A DNA stretch of 64,000 nt from an uncultured Chloroflexia bacterium (GTDB lineage Bacteria > Chloroflexota > Limnocylindria > Limnocylindrales > CSP1-4), in the NCBI GenBank assembly GCA_963833225.1, contig CAWHXD010000006.1, forward strand, positions 224,001 to 288,000. Reading direction: 5' to 3'. A program made the position numbers and the translations under genes. Below, one piece after another: positions 1 to 9,069 of this stretch (the first letter of the stretch is position 1; each line of letters opens with the position of its first letter). The notes beneath the pieces were generated by a model. The model saw only the letters and a list, made by a program, of their open reading frames with translations, ran no database searches and was not told the origin of the DNA.

Positions 1-745
1 TGGGATCGTGGACCTTCGCGCCCAGGCGCGTCTGGCAGACCGCGAACCCGCCCGTCAGCGCCGACGTGGTCATCCAGATGTCGATGCCGAACTTGCTGAT
101 GTCGTCGGTCCAGTCGTCGAGGGCGAGGTAGTGGCGCACGAGGTCCCCGGAGACGCCGAAGTCACCGCCGATCGGCTGTCGGATCCGATGGCCGTAGAGC
201 GCCCTGGTGAGCGGGTAGGTGACGGTGTTGGTGATCGTCCCGTCGTACTTGTAGCGCGCGTACAGCGGGGCCGTGTAGTCGTAGCCGCCCTTGAGGATCG
301 GCCCGGCCAGAAGCTCGATCCACTCGGGCAGGATGGATCGCAGGTCGCTGTCCACGACGACCAGAGCCTGGACCTCGAGGGCCGCCGCCATCTCGAAGAT
401 CGTCCGCAGGGCGGCGCCCTTGCCACCGATCCCGTCGATCTCGGGATAGGTCAGGGAGACACGGTCGAGCTTGTTGGTCGGCCGCACGAGCAGGATCGAC
501 TCGACGTAGTCGGGCGGCTCGGTCTCGATCACGACGCGCTGCGTCCCGTCGGGTGAGCCGGCATCGGCGTTCACCAGGACCGGCTTGAGATCCGGGAAGT
601 ACTGGACCAGGCCCGCGTGCGCCGCGCGGACGACGTAGCCGATGGTCGCGGCGTTCTTGAAGCTCGGGATTCCGACCATGATGTCGGCCCGCCCGAGGCG
701 TTCGATCTGGTCCCGGATGGCGGGCGTCAGGGTCGATTGGGGCAC
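1..745 (-). CDS. GT2-family glycosyltransferase, glucosylglycerate/mannosylglycerate synthase-like (5' part; runs off the window)
   Basis: Not in the ORF track. Manual translation from GTG at 745 gives MPQSTLTPAIRDQIERLGRADIMVGIPSFKNAATIGYVVRAAHAGLVQYFPDLKPVLVNADAGSPDGT, with the GT-A N-terminal IPxxN...D-GSxDGT motif. Confidence 0.75.
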   Translation of the reverse strand, partial: MPQSTLTPAIRDQIERLGRADIMVGIPSFKNAATIGYVVRAAHAGLVQYFPDLKPVLVNADAGSPDGTQRVVIETEPPDYVESILLVRPTNKLDRVSLTYPEIDGIGGKGAALRTIFEMAAALEVQALVVVDSDLRSILPEWIELLAGPILKGGYDYTAPLYARYKYDGTITNTVTYPLTRALYGHRIRQPIGGDFGVSGDLVRHYLALDDWTDDISKFGIDIWMTTSALTGGFAVCQTRLGAKVHDP

Positions 746-878
746 GTCCTCACCCTACCATCCCACACCGTCGTGGGGCACCGTCCGACGACCGGTTCGC
801 GGGATCGGGCCGTCGATCGACTCCTGCGCCCCTATGATCGCGCCGGGGAACGGAGACGACTTGGAGGGATCCCGCGTC

Positions 879-2309
879 ATGCAGGCGACAGCGCGCCCCG
901 ACGTTCCGGCGCCGGCGATCGATCCGCGGAACCAGCGCAAGGCCGCGCAGGGCGCGTGGACGGTGTACGACTTCGCGAACACGATCTTCTCGTACGCGAT
1001 CGTGTCCACCGCGATCGGCCTGTGGCTGACCTCGGACGACCGGTTCGGCCAGGGACTCGGCCAGCTGGTCCAGGGGATCACGATCGCGGTGAGCGTCGGG
1101 CTCAACGCGCTCGTGTCACCGATCCTGGGGGCGCTGTCCGACCGGGATGGGCGGCGGATGCCGTTCCTGCTCCTGTTCACCCTGCTGACCATCATCCCGT
1201 CGGCGATCATCGGGGTCACCCCCGCGGTCGTTGGCGCGATCCTGTTCACGATCGCGAACTTCGCGTACCAGGCCGCGCTGATCTACTACGACGCCACGCT
1301 CACGATGGTCAGCCGCCCCGAGAACCGCGGCCGGCTGTCGGGCATCGGCGTGGGCGTCGGGTACATGGGCACGATCTTTGCGGCCGTCACGCTGATCCTG
1401 CTCGGGATCACCGACAGCCCCGATCCGATCTTCTTCATCGCCGGGATCCTGTTCGCGATCTTCGCCATCCCGATGTTCCTGGTGGTGCGTGACCGGCCCC
1501 GCACAGGCTCGTCGCCGCTCACCGCCGGCGATGTCCTGGGTTCGCTTGGGCAGCTCCGCGAGACGATCAGCCATGCGCGCCTCGTGCCCGGGCTGCCGCG
1601 CTTCCTGCTCGGGCGGTTCTTCTATAGCGACGCCGTCAACACCCTGATCGTGGTCATGAGCGTGGTCGCCGTGAAGGCCGTGGGGCTGACCCAGGGCCAG
1701 TGGCTGATGACCTCGGTGCTGCTCACCGTGGTGGCCATCCTGGCCAGCTTTGGCTGGGGCTACCTCGTCGACCGCGCGGGGCCCAAGAAGACCCTGCTCA
1801 CCGTTCTTGGATCGTGGGTCGTGGGCCTCGTGCTCGGGACCCTGTCGCTGGGCCTGTCAGGATCGACCGCAGGGATGGCCCTGTTCGTGGTCGCCGGCGC
1901 GATCCTCGGCAGCGGCCTCGGGGGCGTCCAGGTCGCGGACCGCGTGTTCATGATCCGACTCTCGCCCCCCGGCCGGATCGGGGAGTTCTTCGGCCTGTAC
2001 GGGCTGGTCGGCAAGGGCTCGCAGGTGATCGGGCAGCTCCTGTACGGCGTGATCCTGTTCCTGCTGTTCGATTCGATGGGCAACGGTGCCTACCAGGTGG
2101 CCATCATGAGCCTGCTGGTCACGATGGTGATCGGCCTGTGGCTGGTGTGGCCGGTGAGCGACCATTGGGCCGGTTCGGGCGAGACCCCGGGCGAGGGCGG
2201 CGCGGGTTCGGACGGCGGCGCGACCGATCCCGGGGGACCGGGCAACCAGGTGGAGGCACCACCGGCACGGCTCGCACCGGACCGGGCGCCATTGGAGCCG
2301 CGCGGGTAG
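879..2309 (+). CDS. MFS transporter, UMF1/ATG22-like family
   Basis: About 12 hydrophobic segments; WxxYDFANT and SPILGALSDRxGRR motifs; GGAGGG RBS before ATG 879. Confidence 0.85.
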   Translation: MQATARPDVPAPAIDPRNQRKAAQGAWTVYDFANTIFSYAIVSTAIGLWLTSDDRFGQGLGQLVQGITIAVSVGLNALVSPILGALSDRDGRRMPFLLLFTLLTIIPSAIIGVTPAVVGAILFTIANFAYQAALIYYDATLTMVSRPENRGRLSGIGVGVGYMGTIFAAVTLILLGITDSPDPIFFIAGILFAIFAIPMFLVVRDRPRTGSSPLTAGDVLGSLGQLRETISHARLVPGLPRFLLGRFFYSDAVNTLIVVMSVVAVKAVGLTQGQWLMTSVLLTVVAILASFGWGYLVDRAGPKKTLLTVLGSWVVGLVLGTLSLGLSGSTAGMALFVVAGAILGSGLGGVQVADRVFMIRLSPPGRIGEFFGLYGLVGKGSQVIGQLLYGVILFLLFDSMGNGAYQVAIMSLLVTMVIGLWLVWPVSDHWAGSGETPGEGGAGSDGGATDPGGPGNQVEAPPARLAPDRAPLEPRG

Positions 2310-2338
2310 GGTCGCCGCCGACGCCGCTTGCCGCGGCC

Positions 2339-3322
2339 TCAGTCGCCGTAGCCGTCTGGGTGTGCCCTCCGCCAGGCCCAGGCCGACCCGATCATCTCCG
2401 GCAGGGTGGAGCGGCGCGGTGTCCAGTCAAGGATCGCAGCTGCCCGATCGTTCGACGCCACGAGCACCGGCGGATCGCCGGCCCGGCGCGGACCCACCGT
2501 GTGCGGGATGTCCGAGCCCACCACCGCCGAGGTCGCTGCGAGCACCTCGCGGACCGAGAAGCCGCTCGACGTCCCCAGGTTGCAGATCAGCGGCTCCTCG
2601 AGGTCCCGCTCGGTGTGCTCCAGCGCGGCGACGTGCGCGTCCGCAAGGTCCTCGACATGGAGGTAGTCGCGGACCGGGGTCCCGTCGGCGGTGGGGTAAT
2701 CCTCGCCAAACAGCGTGAGCGCGGGACCGCCCTCCACGGCAGCGAGGGCGTTCGGGATCAGGTGCGTCTCGGGGCGATGGACCTCGCCGATCCGGTCCGT
2801 GGCGCCGGCGACGTTGAAGTAGCGCAGGATCACGCTCCGCAGCCCGTACGCCGCCCCGTACCAGCGGAGCGCGCCCTCAAACGTCCGCTTGGTCTCGCCG
2901 TAGGGGTTGATCGGCGCCAGCGGCGCGTCTTCCGTGATCGGGGTCGTGGCCGGCACGCCGTAGACCGACGCGGTCGATGAGAACACGACCCGCCGCACGC
3001 CGGAGGCCCGGGCGGCGTCGAGGAGCGCGATCCCGCCAACGACGTTGTCGCCGTAGTATCTGGCCGGATTGGCGACGCTCTCGCCGACCAGTGACCGCGC
3101 GGCGCAGTGGAGGATCGCGTCAATCCCCTCGGCAACCAGCAGCTTGCTCACCAGGGCCCCATCGCCGAACGAGCCGCGCACAAGCTTCGCGGCGGCGGGG
3201 ACCGCGGCCTCGTGACCCGAGGACAGGTCGTCGAGGACCACCACGTCGTGACTCGCGGCAAGCAGCGCGTCCACCGACACCCCGCCGACGTACCCTGCGC
3301 CCCCGGTGACCAGGACCTTCAT
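2339..3322 (-). CDS. galE: UDP-glucose 4-epimerase
   Basis: MKVLVTGGAGYVG, FSSTASVYG, YGETK, LRYFNVAGA, RDYLHV motifs; ATG overlaps the stop of the upstream gene. Confidence 0.93.
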   Translation of the reverse strand: MKVLVTGGAGYVGGVSVDALLAASHDVVVLDDLSSGHEAAVPAAAKLVRGSFGDGALVSKLLVAEGIDAILHCAARSLVGESVANPARYYGDNVVGGIALLDAARASGVRRVVFSSTASVYGVPATTPITEDAPLAPINPYGETKRTFEGALRWYGAAYGLRSVILRYFNVAGATDRIGEVHRPETHLIPNALAAVEGGPALTLFGEDYPTADGTPVRDYLHVEDLADAHVAALEHTERDLEEPLICNLGTSSGFSVREVLAATSAVVGSDIPHTVGPRRAGDPPVLVASNDRAAAILDWTPRRSTLPEMIGSAWAWRRAHPDGYGD

Positions 3323-3756
3323 GGGCGCTTCCTCCTGAGCAGGCGGTCGACGACGCTCCGCCGGGAGGTCGTGCGAGCGGATGGCTGGCCGGGCTCCGTG
3401 GATGGTTCGATGGCGGGCTCCGTGGATGGCTGGTCGGCGGGCCCCGCGGCGGGCCCTGCAGCGGGTGCCCCGGCACTGGCCACGTCCGGCAGCAATTCGC
3501 CGCGGTAGGCCCAGATCTCCTCCAGCCTGCCGGCGAGCCGCTGGGCCGCGACGTTCTCGGGGTCGATGCCCAGCGCCCGCCGGGCCAGCCGCCACGCCTC
3601 GGGCTCGTCACCGCGCTCGAGGGCGACGCGAGCCAGCCCGACCACGGCGATCGAGTTCTGCGGGTCGCCGTCGGCGGCCTGGCGATACAGGCGCTCGGCC
3701 TGGTCCACCAGTCCCGCGGTCAGCGCTCGCTCGGCCCCCAGCAACAGCTCGATCAT
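3319..3756 (-). CDS. Tetratricopeptide-repeat protein
   Basis: TPR-like helices (AERLYRQAADGDPQN, ARRALGIDPEN); coupled by ATGA overlaps on both sides. Confidence 0.75.
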   Translation of the reverse strand: MIELLLGAERALTAGLVDQAERLYRQAADGDPQNSIAVVGLARVALERGDEPEAWRLARRALGIDPENVAAQRLAGRLEEIWAYRGELLPDVASAGAPAAGPAAGPADQPSTEPAIEPSTEPGQPSARTTSRRSVVDRLLRRKRP

Positions 3757-5138
3757 CGGTTCACTCCGGCCTCGTCCACATCTGCAAGCATGCCCTGTGC
3801 GAGCAGCAGCAGCGTGGCCCGCTCGTTGAGCGCCGGGTCGTTGATGACGCGCTCGACCAGTTCGTCGAGGATCCGCCCGAGCAGCGGACCGGGCGACAGG
3901 TCCAGCTCCCGAATGAGGTCCCCACCGTCGATGACCAGCGCGTAGCGGTCCAGGGCCGCCGCGGCCGCGAGCTCCGCGTCGAGGCGGGCCCGGAACGCGT
4001 CCCGGACCGGATCGTCGGGCCCTACCCCGGACCCGATGTCGTCCGCCCGCCGGAGCGCGAACAGGTTGTCCAGGTGACGCGCGCCGACGCGCTTGAGAAA
4101 CCGTCGGATCGCCGCGTCGGTGAGGTCCGGGTCCGCCCAGAACATGTGGTGGCGGACAAGGTGCGCCACGTCATCGATCGCCGCCCTCGGCAGGCGCAGC
4201 CGCCGGAGCCAGTTCGCGGCCAGCCGGGCGCCCACCACCTCGTGGTGGTGGAAGTGCCCGTCGGCGAGCGTCGATGGCTTGCCGATGTCGTGGACCAGCG
4301 CAGCCAGGCGGACGACCGGGCGAGACGCGGGGCTTGCATCGACCGTCCGCAGCGTGTGCTCCCAGAGGTCCTCGCCGGGCACCTTGTTCTGCGGGATGCC
4401 GCGTTGCGAGGCCAGCTCCGGGGCCAGGACGGCCAGCAGGCCCGTCTGCTCGGCGAGGCGCAGCCCGACCGAGGGCCTGGGCGTCGCGAGCAGCTTCTCC
4501 AGCTCCGCGCCGATCCGCTCGCCGGAGAGATGCGCGACGAGTCCCGCGTTGGCGCGGATCGCGTCCAGCGTCGCCGGCTCGATGGCGAAGTCGAGGGCAG
4601 CCGCCAGCCGCACGGCGCGGATCATCCGCAGCGCGTCCTCCTGGAAGCGCGCGTCCGGGTCGCCGACGGCCCGCAGCACCCGTCGGTCGATGTCGGTGCG
4701 GCCCTCGAACGGGTCGACCAGCGTTGCCGCGGCCCCGGCAGCCTCGCGGCCCCAGGCGAGGGCGTTGACGGTGAAGTCGCGACGGGCAAGGTCGGCCACC
4801 ACGTCCGTCCCGAACTCCACCCTGTGCGGCCGGCGGAAGTCGGCGTACTCGTGCTCGGTCCGGAAGGTCGTGACCTCGAACACGTCATCGGCACGGCGGA
4901 CCGCGACGGTTCCAAACCGGTTCTCGTAGACGGCACCGTGGAACAGGCTGACGAGCTGCTCGGGGAGCGCATCGGTCGCCAGGTCCCAGTCTGCCGGCTC
5001 GCGACCCAGGAGCGCGTCGCGCAGCGACCCGCCCACGATGTACCCGGCGTGCCCGGCCACGTGGAGGCCGTCGAGGAGCTCGATGACCGATGACGGGATG
5101 AGCGCTCGCAGGCGTGCGTCGTCGGCGCCGGCGGCCAC
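3753..5138 (-). CDS. cca: CCA tRNA nucleotidyltransferase with HD domain
   Basis: VGGSLRD, DWDLAT, DLARRDFTVNA, EDALRMIRAVR, HDIGK motifs; start approximate. Confidence 0.9.
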   Translation of the reverse strand: MAAGADDARLRALIPSSVIELLDGLHVAGHAGYIVGGSLRDALLGREPADWDLATDALPEQLVSLFHGAVYENRFGTVAVRRADDVFEVTTFRTEHEYADFRRPHRVEFGTDVVADLARRDFTVNALAWGREAAGAAATLVDPFEGRTDIDRRVLRAVGDPDARFQEDALRMIRAVRLAAALDFAIEPATLDAIRANAGLVAHLSGERIGAELEKLLATPRPSVGLRLAEQTGLLAVLAPELASQRGIPQNKVPGEDLWEHTLRTVDASPASRPVVRLAALVHDIGKPSTLADGHFHHHEVVGARLAANWLRRLRLPRAAIDDVAHLVRHHMFWADPDLTDAAIRRFLKRVGARHLDNLFALRRADDIGSGVGPDDPVRDAFRARLDAELAAAAALDRYALVIDGGDLIRELDLSPGPLLGRILDELVERVINDPALNERATLLLLAQGMLADVDEAGVNR

Positions 5139-5146
5139 GGGAGCGG

Positions 5147-5662
5147 TTAGTTCCGGCCGAGGAAGAGGTAGTTGCGCCAGGCCTCGTTGCGGTCGTCCTC
5201 GAGGTACGGCGTGAACAGCGAGTACAGGTCGCTGCGCGGCTCGAAGGGAGGGCGGGTGAGGCGGAGCCGTGCCTCTTCGGGCGTCCGGCCACCCTTGCGG
5301 TGGTTGCACGGCTTGCAGGCCGCGACAAGGTTCTCCCAAGTGTGGCCGCCACCGCGGTGGCGCGGCATCACGTGATCGAGCGTGAGGTCCCCGGCGGTCC
5401 GGCCGCAGTACTGGCAGGTGTGGCGATCCCGGGCGAAGATCTCGCGCCGCGTCAGCCTGACGCGCGGCCGCGGCCGACGGACATGGTGCTGGAGGCGGAT
5501 CACCGACGGCGCCCGATACGCATCGCGGGGCGTCCGGATGGTGGCGTGGTCGAACTCGATGACCTCCGCCTTGGAGCCGAACAGCAGCCGGAACGCCCGC
5601 CGGATGTTGCACACGTTGAGCGGCTCGTAGTTCTGGTTGAGGACGAGGACAACGCCGTCCAG
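5147..5662 (-). CDS. HNH endonuclease (McrA/HNH_5-like)
   Basis: VLVLNQNYEPL, RDRHTCQYCG, TLDHVMP, WENLVAACKPCNHRK; start approximate. Confidence 0.88.
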   Translation of the reverse strand: MDGVVLVLNQNYEPLNVCNIRRAFRLLFGSKAEVIEFDHATIRTPRDAYRAPSVIRLQHHVRRPRPRVRLTRREIFARDRHTCQYCGRTAGDLTLDHVMPRHRGGGHTWENLVAACKPCNHRKGGRTPEEARLRLTRPPFEPRSDLYSLFTPYLEDDRNEAWRNYLFLGRN

Positions 5663-5769
5663 GGGGCGCAGGGATACGGGACCCCCGTGCGGGCCAGGGC
5701 GGGCCCCGGTGGTCAGCGCTGACAGCGGAAACGCCTGGGTCTCGGTTTCGGGGCTCCTCTCAGCCGCGC

Positions 5770-5970
5770 CTAGACCCGCGGCGGGTCCATCGCCCGCTCG
5801 ACGCGGGCGATCTCGACTTCGATCCGGCCGACCTCGCGCGTTGCCTCCTCCCACGCGGGGCTGCCGAGTGGGACATCGTTCCGGTGGCGGCGCGCGGCTG
5901 CGTGCAGCGACAGGAGCTCCTCGCGGGTCAGGTCCTGGGCCGCGTTGCTGGCCCGGGCGGTGTCGGCCAT
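5770..5970 (-). CDS. Small hypothetical helical protein (66 aa)
   Basis: GGAGG RBS before ATG 5970; MADTARASNAAQDLTREELLSLHAAARR... Confidence 0.55.
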   Translation of the reverse strand: MADTARASNAAQDLTREELLSLHAAARRHRNDVPLGSPAWEEATREVGRIEVEIARVERAMDPPRV

Positions 5971-6150
5971 GGTTCCTCCGTGCAGTGAGGCGAAGGGTAG
6001 CGCGCCGCGGCGCAGGTCGTCTTCCGGGCGGGCCGCGAGGTCCTGCCAGCGAGCCTGCCGCTCGGCGGCCTGCTCGTCCTCGTCGCGGTCGCCCCCTGCT
6101 CGTGGTCGGCCGTTGAGCGAGCCGGCGCACCGCGGGCGCAGAATGTACCC

Positions 6151-6414
6151 GTGATCCGCCAGGTCTTCGCCGACCCGATGTTCGGCCCGACGGCAGCGGT
6201 CTTCGGCATCCGAATCGACCTGCTCCTGCTCGCGGTCGCTGCCGCCTGCTGGGTCGTCGGGATGCTCCTGCTGCGTCGCGTGCTGCGCATCGAGGGCGAC
6301 GCCCACTCGTTCCGGGCGACGAACCGCAGGGACCTGACGACCACGGTCACGATCGCCGGCGTGGTCGCGTTCGTCGCGCTGGGAGCGCTTGTGGTGGCGA
6401 TCAGCGCCACCTGA
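6151..6414 (+). CDS. Small two-TM membrane protein
   Basis: Two hydrophobic helices; leaderless-type CAGAAT-N6-GTG start. Confidence 0.55.
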   Translation: MIRQVFADPMFGPTAAVFGIRIDLLLLAVAAACWVVGMLLLRRVLRIEGDAHSFRATNRRDLTTTVTIAGVVAFVALGALVVAISAT

Positions 6415-6474
6415 CCGCCTGGCGTCGACGATCCGCCGCCGGTCCGTCCTCGACGGCGCTTCGCCTTGTCGCCG

Positions 6475-7740
6475 TCAGTTCCGCGGCAGCACTCGGACGG
6501 CCGCCCGGGGTGTCACGTCGCCCTCTCGCAGGACCCGCGCGTACCAGCGCGCGTCTTGCGGGTGAACCTTGTGGCTGATTCGTGAGATGCGGGCCTCGAG
6601 GAACCAGTGAGCCTGGGTCCGGCACGGGGTGGCGGGGTAGGTCAGCTCCAGCAACGGGCCGGTGTCCGGGTCGCCGAGGGCAAGGCGATCCCCAGGCCGC
6701 AGCGCCGCCCAGTCGATCCCGACCAGCGTGAGGTTCTCGCCATACGAACCCGGGAACGCCCGGTGGCCGTCGCTGCGGACGCGCTCGATGGCCTCCTGGG
6801 CGTACAGGCAGATTGCCTGGTCGACGCCACCGTGGACCGGCTCAGGATCGTGGTGGCGGTCACCCTCGAGTCCAAGGCGCCCGACGGATGCTCCATCGAT
6901 CGGCAGCTTGGGCACCCCACCGTCGTTGCGGTTCACCGACGCCACCAGGCCCTCGCGCCCGGGCGCGGGGGCCAGCCGGCGGGCAACCGACAGTCTCGTC
7001 GTATACGGCAGGTCGACCGCTTCCCGCCCGGCCGTTGCCGGGTCGGACTCGAGGAGCGCCCGGAGGTCCGCGAGCAGGGCCTCGCGTCTCGCCGGCTCCA
7101 GCGAGGCAACGGTGCTGATCGACGCCACCCGGTCCAGGACGCCGTCCACCGTCTGGCGATGGACGTGCTGGAACGTCCGGTCCTCGAGCGGCTCGAACAG
7201 GCCGCAGCGCTCCACGCGCTCGCGCCAGCCGTGGTGCTGGCTCGGAGCTTCGCCGCCGGTGGTGGTCTCCATGAGCTCGCCGAGGCGCCGCACCCACGGC
7301 ACCGACTCGTCGCGGATGTTGTAGGCCAGGACCAGGCGACCGCCGGGGCGCAGCACGCGGTGGATCTCTGACAGGGCACGAACCGTGTTGAACCAGTGGA
7401 AGGCCTGGGCGGCCACGACGCCGTCGACGGAGCCGTTGTCGAGCGGGAGCGCCTCCGCCGTCCCGTCGATCATCTCCGCTCCCGGTGCCGTCACGGCGAG
7501 CTTGGCCCGCATCTCGGCCACGGGTTCCACGGCGATCACCCGGGCCCCGGTCGGGACGAGCTCACGGGTCATCTTGCCGGTGCCGGCGGCGAGGTCGAGG
7601 ACCGTGCGCCCGGCCCGGAGGTCGAGCAGCTCGGCGAGAACCGCGGTGGCGTCGGCGGGATAGCCAGGACGGCCACGCTCGTAGGCATCGGCCGCCCCGC
7701 CAAAGCCGCTGGTGGCGAGCGGATGAACGTCATCGATCAT
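6475..7740 (-). CDS. Class I SAM-dependent methyltransferase fused to a C-terminal MOSC (YiiM-like) domain
   Basis: N-terminal YERGRPGYP, VLDLAAGTGK, AQAFHWF, RVLRPGG; C-terminal GGVPK, GLEGD, HGG, GENLT, TPC, WYARVLREG. Confidence 0.85.
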   Translation of the reverse strand: MIDDVHPLATSGFGGAADAYERGRPGYPADATAVLAELLDLRAGRTVLDLAAGTGKMTRELVPTGARVIAVEPVAEMRAKLAVTAPGAEMIDGTAEALPLDNGSVDGVVAAQAFHWFNTVRALSEIHRVLRPGGRLVLAYNIRDESVPWVRRLGELMETTTGGEAPSQHHGWRERVERCGLFEPLEDRTFQHVHRQTVDGVLDRVASISTVASLEPARREALLADLRALLESDPATAGREAVDLPYTTRLSVARRLAPAPGREGLVASVNRNDGGVPKLPIDGASVGRLGLEGDRHHDPEPVHGGVDQAICLYAQEAIERVRSDGHRAFPGSYGENLTLVGIDWAALRPGDRLALGDPDTGPLLELTYPATPCRTQAHWFLEARISRISHKVHPQDARWYARVLREGDVTPRAAVRVLPRN

Positions 7741-7788
7741 CTCGTGACGATACCGCCGAGGTCGCCGAACCCGCGGCTCACGGCTGCG

Positions 7789-8115
7789 TCAGGCGGGCCG
7801 GGATCGCCCGCGCCGCCTTGACGGCGTCGCCGTCGGCGTGACTGCGGCAGGCCCCTCGACCGCGTCCACGATCCCCACCACGACCGTCCGCAGCGGCCCG
7901 AACGGCGCCCCGACGATCTGGCGCGCGGACGTCCCCTCGTCGAGCACCAGCACCGTCTCTCCGGCTCCCGCCCCCACGGTGTCGAGCGCGATCAGGTACC
8001 CGCCCGTAGGGCGCCCATCGGGCTCCAGGAGGTCGACCAGCAGCAGGGCCCGATCATCGAAGATCGGGGACTTGATCGTGGACACGACCGTCCCCACGAC
8101 CTTCGCGAGCTTCAT
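7789..8115 (-). CDS. BMC vertex protein BMC-P (EutN/CcmL family)
   Basis: MKLAKVVGTVVSTIK, DTVGAGAGETVL, VVGIVD. Confidence 0.92.
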   Translation of the reverse strand: MKLAKVVGTVVSTIKSPIFDDRALLLVDLLEPDGRPTGGYLIALDTVGAGAGETVLVLDEGTSARQIVGAPFGPLRTVVVGIVDAVEGPAAVTPTATPSRRRGRSRPA

Positions 8116-8387
8116 GGCCGCAGCTCCTCGACCGCGTCAACGATCCCCACGATCGCGTGGTCCACGGGAGCGAACCGGTTGGCCATCGCCTCGGCCGCTT
8201 CACGGGCTCCGACGATGTACACGAGCTGACCCGGACCGGCCGTGTCGAGGGCGTCGGCGGCCACGACCGATTGCCCGACGGGCTCCAGCTTGCGGGTCAA
8301 CGGCTGCACGATCAGCAGCCGCACCCCCTCGAGGTTGGGCGCCTTGACCGTCGCCACCACCGTGCCGGTCACGCGCGCGAGCTGCAT
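8112..8387 (-). CDS. BMC vertex protein BMC-P (EutN/CcmL family)
   Basis: MQLARVTGTVVATVK, PVDHAIVGIVD. Confidence 0.92.
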   Translation of the reverse strand: MQLARVTGTVVATVKAPNLEGVRLLIVQPLTRKLEPVGQSVVAADALDTAGPGQLVYIVGAREAAEAMANRFAPVDHAIVGIVDAVEELRP

Positions 8388-8391
8388 GTCC

Positions 8392-9069
8392 CTACGCCTC
8401 CCCGCCGGCCACGTCGACCGCGTCGACGGCGTCGACGGCGCCGGCCAGGCGGCTCGCGAACCGGGGCGCCGCTTCGAGCTCCGCCCGCATCTCGCGGTGG
8501 AGCTGCGGGATCACCCGGGCGATCGGAGAGCGGGCCCCGGGCACGGACCCGGCATCGGACACGGGATCCCAGATCCGTGCCACGGCCGCCGCGACCGCGG
8601 CCTCCACGTCAGACACGGACCCGTCGAACAGCAGGTATCCCCTGCCGCCGAGCCCGTCGCCAAGGCGCAGCTCGAGCAGCTCGACCTGGGCGCCCTTCAC
8701 GCCGGCATCGGCGGCCTCGATCGTCGCTGCCACGGTGGCCGTCTCGACGACGCCCAGCGCGGCACCGGTCCCGGCGCGGCGGGAACCCCGGAGCGCGGCG
8801 ACGACCTGGTCGTGGACGTTGGGCAGGAAGACGGTGTCCACGAGGCTCGACGCCCCGACCTCGATGCCGGCGGCGAGCGCCTCCTCCACGTCGGCGACCG
8901 GTCCCGCGACGAGGACCAGGTATTTGCCGGGCTGGATCGTCCCGGCGCGGACGACGTCCACGGGCGCGCGCTTGACCATCGCGTCTCCCGCCTCGATGCC
9001 GATCGCGATCGAGGCCAACTCGATCAGCGCCAGCGCGGGCTGGAGGGGGTCGACGGCGGGGTCGGCCAT
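8392..9069 (-). CDS. BMC-T tandem-domain shell protein (single-layer, PduT-like, lacking the FeS Cys)
   Basis: ALALIELASIAIGIEAGDAMVK, QPGKY, ALGVVET...EAADAGVK, GLGGRG. Confidence 0.88.
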   Translation of the reverse strand: MADPAVDPLQPALALIELASIAIGIEAGDAMVKRAPVDVVRAGTIQPGKYLVLVAGPVADVEEALAAGIEVGASSLVDTVFLPNVHDQVVAALRGSRRAGTGAALGVVETATVAATIEAADAGVKGAQVELLELRLGDGLGGRGYLLFDGSVSDVEAAVAAAVARIWDPVSDAGSVPGARSPIARVIPQLHREMRAELEAAPRFASRLAGAVDAVDAVDVAGGEA

